Source: Bacteroidia bacterium
GTDB taxonomy: Bacteria > Bacteroidota > Bacteroidia > B-17B0 > Aurantibacillaceae
NCBI GenBank assembly: GCA_031539425.1
Contig: JAVKLI010000051.1
Coordinates: 36,226 to 100,225, forward strand
Direction of reading: 5' to 3'
Length of the DNA stretch: 64,000 bases
The notes below the pieces were generated by a model, which had not been told where the DNA came from, ran no database searches, and worked only from the letters and a program-made list of their open reading frames with translations. Within the stretch, counting starts at the first letter, position 1, and the number at the start of each line of letters is the position of its first letter. Below, one piece after another: positions 60,374-64,000 of the stretch. Made by a program: the position numbers and the translations under genes.

Positions 60374-60425
60374 AGGCGGGGTAGTTTAAACCAAAACCAT
60401 CCCTGCCCCTCCAAAGGAGGAGAAT
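60374..60425. repeat. G/C-rich hairpin repeat (R3)
   Basis: AGGCGGGGTAG...AACCATCCCTGCCCCTCCAAAGGAGGAGAATTGG. CCTCC-AAA-GGAGG forms a perfect stem. The GGCGGGGTAG and AACCATCCC blocks recur in R2. Confidence 0.45.
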
Positions 60426-60454
60426 TGGAATAAATTAATAAAAAACTAAAAACT

Positions 60455-60888
60455 ATGAAAACACTAAAAATAACCCTAATAACCCTAGCTTATTTAAGCC
60501 TAACAACCGCCTGCCATGATGAGCCACCAAAGCCCGATTTGCATATATACATAACGGGTAAAGTAATCGATGAAAAAACTGGGCTACCAATTACGTATGC
60601 TATCTGTTATTTATATGAAGAAAGTACATTAATATATACAGCATATGCTGATCTTAATGGGCAATATAACCTTAAGTTTTTACCAAAAGCAGATAGCCCT
60701 GGCGGAACAAATTTATATAACTATCTTATAAAATACGATGCTCTTGGTTATAACTTAAAAAGTGAGTATATAGTTACTACTAAGTGTATAAAAAAAAGGA
60801 GGGGTATCTTTTCTTTGGTCCTGTTCCTTGTGAGGAGTATGGTTTAAACCAATATCAAGAAATAACCATTGCCTTACTTAAAAAGTAA
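60455..60888 (+). pseudogene. Lipoprotein with carboxypeptidase-regulatory-like domain, frame broken at an A8 tract
   Basis: Lipobox LSLTTAC, then IYITGKVIDEKTGLPITYAICYLY (CarbopepD_reg-like). After the A8 run at 60790..60797 the annotated frame gives an implausible tail (KKRRGIFSLVLFLVRSMV*). The neighbouring frame reads KEGYLFFGPVPCEEYGLNQYQEITIALLKK* and ends at 60888. Confidence 0.5.
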
Positions 60889-60906
60889 ATATTTAAAAAA
60901 CTAATT

Positions 60907-63321
60907 ATGAAAAAATTTATAATAACAACCATATTATGGAGTATAACGATGAGTATTTGCTCTCAAATTGTTATAACTGCCGATACTACAAATAACGTAA
61001 CAATACCCACTTTTACACAAATGGTAGCCACGGCTATTGCTCCGCTTGATAAAAATAAAATGAACACCGGTTTTTTAGCTGATAAGTCCCTGTATGCTCA
61101 AACCTTTGAGTTATATAGCAGCCCAAGCTGCACCAAACCGGCATCTTACCCTGTGTTTGAATTATTGTTAACTCAAATACAAACAGCAGCTGTAAGACCA
61201 AATAACTTACCTAGTAAAGAAAATATAAACACTACTATAGCGCAACATACGCTTCAAAATGTGGTGCCGCTTGGCTTTATAAACCTTAATTATAACAGCA
61301 TAAAAAAAGAAGCGCTTACGAACAACTTGTTGAGGTTAGAAGGCAATGCCTTATATGATGTGCCTGGTAGTGCCTCGCCCTACCATAGCAAAACCTTATG
61401 TGTTTTAACGCCTCTTAAAAGCGAGGTAAGGGTGGGTACCACACTATTTAAAGCAGACCCTAACTTGTTTATTAACAACACCACAAGCACCATTACCAGC
61501 ATACAAATAAACTTTGATGATGGTACAGGTTTTAAAACAGTGTATACAAACAATAGCTTAGCTAATAACACCTTTTTTATTAACTACCAAACAGCAGGGA
61601 TTAAAACTTTAACAAGTACTATTAATTTTAACAACGGTACATCTTTAACCTTAAAATCAACTATTAATGTACTATCTATTAGCATTTTAGAACGAACAAC
61701 TAGCATTCCTACTCCAGATGATACTTTAGACTGTGTTGGGCGCATTTATAATCAAAGTGATATACCAGGTGGTGCAATAAATACAGTAGCTGGTGGATTA
61801 CCTTATAGTTCGGTCGTAAACAAGGCAAGTGCTTTTGTTTTTTATGGCAAACAAAATGGCGTTAAACGAACTTGTTTATTAAAACCTATTATTATAGGTG
61901 ATGGCTTTGACCCCGGTAATGAAAGAAATATGCAGGACATTTATCTATTATTAAATAGAGAAAGAATGGCAGACAGTTTGAGAAATGAAGGGTACGATGT
62001 AATTGTTATAGATTACCCTCAAGGTGGCGGCTTTATACAGCGAAATGCTATGGTTTTGGCAAATGCTATTACTCAAATTAATACTCTAATACAAAGTAAT
62101 GGAAGTAAAGCTAAATTAGTCATTGTAGGCCCCAGCATGAGTGGACTTATTACCCGTTTTGCTTTAAAATATATGGAAAATAATAACCTTAACCATAATA
62201 CCCGACTCTTTATTTCTTTTGATAGCCCACACCTTGGGGCTAATATCCCTTTAGGGATTCAATGTTGGATAGCTTTTTTTGAATTGGTTGAACGAGTTAA
62301 TAAAGCAGAAAAACGACCTGATGAGGGTGCGTTAAATAAAATAAACTCACCTGCAGCAAAACAATTACTCATTTATCATTGGTCAACATGGGATCTGAGA
62401 TCTACTATTGAACGAAAACAATTGTATGCCGACCCTAATTTTAGTTCTTTTCCCTCTTTATCGCGAAATGTCGCCGTATCTAACGGCAGCGGTACAGGAG
62501 AAAAGTTTTTTAATCCAGGTGATAAATTAATAGATTACAGAACTGAAAATTTTTGGGCAAACATTACAGGAAATGTATGGGCCTTACCTTATGAAAGTTC
62601 TTCAAATCTTTCAAGTATAACTGAATTATTATATGATCCTTTAGGACCTATATTTTTAAAGTTAAACCTTGCTTGTAAAGGAACAGAATTAATAGCATGT
62701 GATGGCGCACCTGGAGGGTATGCAGGCACTGTTGGTCAAATTGCTGATGGAAGGACTGATAGTCATATATTTGGTTGGGATAAAAATGAATTAAACAATA
62801 GTGCTATTGGACATTGGGATTCATATACATTTGGAGATATTCAAACAAACCATCCAAACCATTGTTTTATCCCTACCAAAAGTGCCCTAGCTATGAGTGG
62901 CACTGGTTTGCATTACAATGGTTTTGCTTTGCATAATAATGACAATACCAAAAATATACAACCAGGTTTAACGCCCTTTGATGCCATATATGCACCCAGT
63001 GGTGCCAACCAAGAACATTGCCTCATAACCCTCGAAAATAAAACTTGGATGATGGAGGAAATTCGCTTATCACCCCACAAAAGTTTTTTACAAAACCGAT
63101 ATGTTTTAAAACACAATTATTGGGAATCAGTAGTGGGTATTCGCATGGGGGCTCATGTAACTACAACCTTACCCCAAGGCGATTTTGTAATACAACAAAG
63201 CCAAGGCAGCGTAGATGTGGTATCCAAGCAAAGCATATCTATAGAGCCAGGTACCATTTTTGCACCTAGTGGTACGGGAGTAGTAAATTTGATGGTAGAG
63301 GAGCCATTACGTTGTAAATAA
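60907..63321 (+). CDS. Large secreted alpha/beta-hydrolase-fold protein (DUF676/PGAP1-like putative serine esterase/lipase)
   Basis: 804 aa with a signal peptide. KLVIVGPSMSGLITRF is the nucleophile-elbow analogue of GHSMGG (62128..62145). It is followed by FISFDSPHLGANIP, which resembles the xSPHLG motif of DUF676-type esterases. Flanking beta-rich regions are unassigned. Confidence 0.55.
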   Translation: MKKFIITTILWSITMSICSQIVITADTTNNVTIPTFTQMVATAIAPLDKNKMNTGFLADKSLYAQTFELYSSPSCTKPASYPVFELLLTQIQTAAVRPNNLPSKENINTTIAQHTLQNVVPLGFINLNYNSIKKEALTNNLLRLEGNALYDVPGSASPYHSKTLCVLTPLKSEVRVGTTLFKADPNLFINNTTSTITSIQINFDDGTGFKTVYTNNSLANNTFFINYQTAGIKTLTSTINFNNGTSLTLKSTINVLSISILERTTSIPTPDDTLDCVGRIYNQSDIPGGAINTVAGGLPYSSVVNKASAFVFYGKQNGVKRTCLLKPIIIGDGFDPGNERNMQDIYLLLNRERMADSLRNEGYDVIVIDYPQGGGFIQRNAMVLANAITQINTLIQSNGSKAKLVIVGPSMSGLITRFALKYMENNNLNHNTRLFISFDSPHLGANIPLGIQCWIAFFELVERVNKAEKRPDEGALNKINSPAAKQLLIYHWSTWDLRSTIERKQLYADPNFSSFPSLSRNVAVSNGSGTGEKFFNPGDKLIDYRTENFWANITGNVWALPYESSSNLSSITELLYDPLGPIFLKLNLACKGTELIACDGAPGGYAGTVGQIADGRTDSHIFGWDKNELNNSAIGHWDSYTFGDIQTNHPNHCFIPTKSALAMSGTGLHYNGFALHNNDNTKNIQPGLTPFDAIYAPSGANQEHCLITLENKTWMMEEIRLSPHKSFLQNRYVLKHNYWESVVGIRMGAHVTTTLPQGDFVIQQSQGSVDVVSKQSISIEPGTIFAPSGTGVVNLMVEEPLRCK

Positions 63322-63341
63322 TAATTTTAATTATTTATCTT

Positions 63342-64000
63342 ATGTACAAAACAATTAAATTATTGATAGTAGTTTGCAGTTTAACCATTATGTTAATGTT
63401 AACATCTTGTAAGTCTTCATATTATGCACCTAGCATGCAAGTACCTTTATTTAAAGCAAAAGGAGACCTTCAAATAGGTGGTTATTATGAACCTAAAGGC
63501 CAAAACTATACTACTAACTCTGAAATAAAAAAAATTCAAATAGCATATGCCATTACCAATAGCCTTGCTATTATGGCTAATTACAACTCGTTTATAGATT
63601 TTACAACAGTTTCAGGAGGTTATTTATTTTCTGGTGTATTGAACAAAGCGTATATGGGTAATTTTTTAGAAAGCGGCAATATAGCCTTAGGTGTATTTAA
63701 ACCATTAAAACATGCTCCGTCTATAATACTCGAAGGTTACTCTGGTATAGGAATGGGGAGAGTAAACCAATATTATGGTGTAAATTTTGTATCTAATTAT
63801 GGTAGTATGAAGCTGTTAGATTCTCGATTGTTTATTCAGGGTAATATTGGGTATAAACGTAAATATTTTGAACTTGCTTTATCTACAAAATGTACTTATG
63901 TTTATTTTTATAATATAGAGCATGATATTCCATCTTTTAATACAAGTGATTTAGAAAGAGTAAATGCTGTTGTCAGTCAACCATCTAACCTAATGTTGGA
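63342..64000 (+). CDS. Hypothetical lipoprotein / possible outer-membrane protein, 3' end outside the window (not in the ORF track)
   Basis: The ATG at 63342 is followed by MYKTIKLLIVVCSLTIMLMLTSC (a lipobox). The frame stays open to base 64000, with an alternating Gly/aromatic pattern suggestive of beta strands. Confidence 0.5.
   Translation, partial: MYKTIKLLIVVCSLTIMLMLTSCKSSYYAPSMQVPLFKAKGDLQIGGYYEPKGQNYTTNSEIKKIQIAYAITNSLAIMANYNSFIDFTTVSGGYLFSGVLNKAYMGNFLESGNIALGVFKPLKHAPSIILEGYSGIGMGRVNQYYGVNFVSNYGSMKLLDSRLFIQGNIGYKRKYFELALSTKCTYVYFYNIEHDIPSFNTSDLERVNAVVSQPSNLML

Noticed and set aside
60413-60420. AAGGAGG Shine-Dalgarno-like sequence upstream of the 60455 gene
   Set aside because: It is the 3' arm of the CCTCC-AAA-GGAGG hairpin in repeat R3 and lies about 35 nt from the ATG. 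Other genes in the window lack SD sequences, as is usual in Bacteroidota.
59901-63269. Track ORFs 59901..60092(-), 61380..61571(-), 62913..63116(-) and 63045..63269(+)
   Set aside because: They are shadow or alternative-frame ORFs inside the C13-like peptidase and esterase genes.

Overview
Strongly AT-rich bacterial chromosomal segment. It looks like Bacteroidota, probably Flavobacteriia-like: T9SS (type IX secretion system) C-terminal sorting domains, an rpmB-rpmG-DUF4295 cluster, a b558-type sdhCAB operon, DUF3109/DUF4286/DUF5522 families, and no Shine-Dalgarno leaders. About 60 genes are present, mostly housekeeping: sdhCAB, der, dnaE, asnS, hisS, fabH-plsX, thiS-thiC, panD, topA, rsmA, L28/L33, cytochrome oxidase subunits III/IV, an MlaEF-like ABC pair, and a two-component system. 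I found no rRNA, tRNA, CRISPR array, transposase or integrase.

The non-routine content is:
- An accessory island of exported proteins and lipoproteins at 57.1-64.0 kb. It holds a disrupted T9SS cargo gene with a phage-tail-fibre-type S74 chaperone domain, a clan-CD C13-like peptidase with an EF-hand loop, and a large DUF676-like esterase.
- A sigma factor carrying a 14-A homopolymer, followed by a membrane protein that joins an anti-sigma-like N-terminus to a trypsin-like protease.
- A three-gene orphan islet between the ribosomal protein cluster and hisS.
- A small family of G/C-rich hairpin repeats in otherwise AT-rich spacers.
- At least five disrupted genes or relics: a threonine aldolase relic, a doubly frameshifted nitrilase-family gene, the S74/T9SS gene, and two envelope genes broken at homopolymer tracts.
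- An N-terminal DEDDh exonuclease fused to DnaE.
- A SET-domain gene next to a saccharopine-dehydrogenase-like gene.

All calls rest on reading the translations and the DNA by eye. No database search was run.
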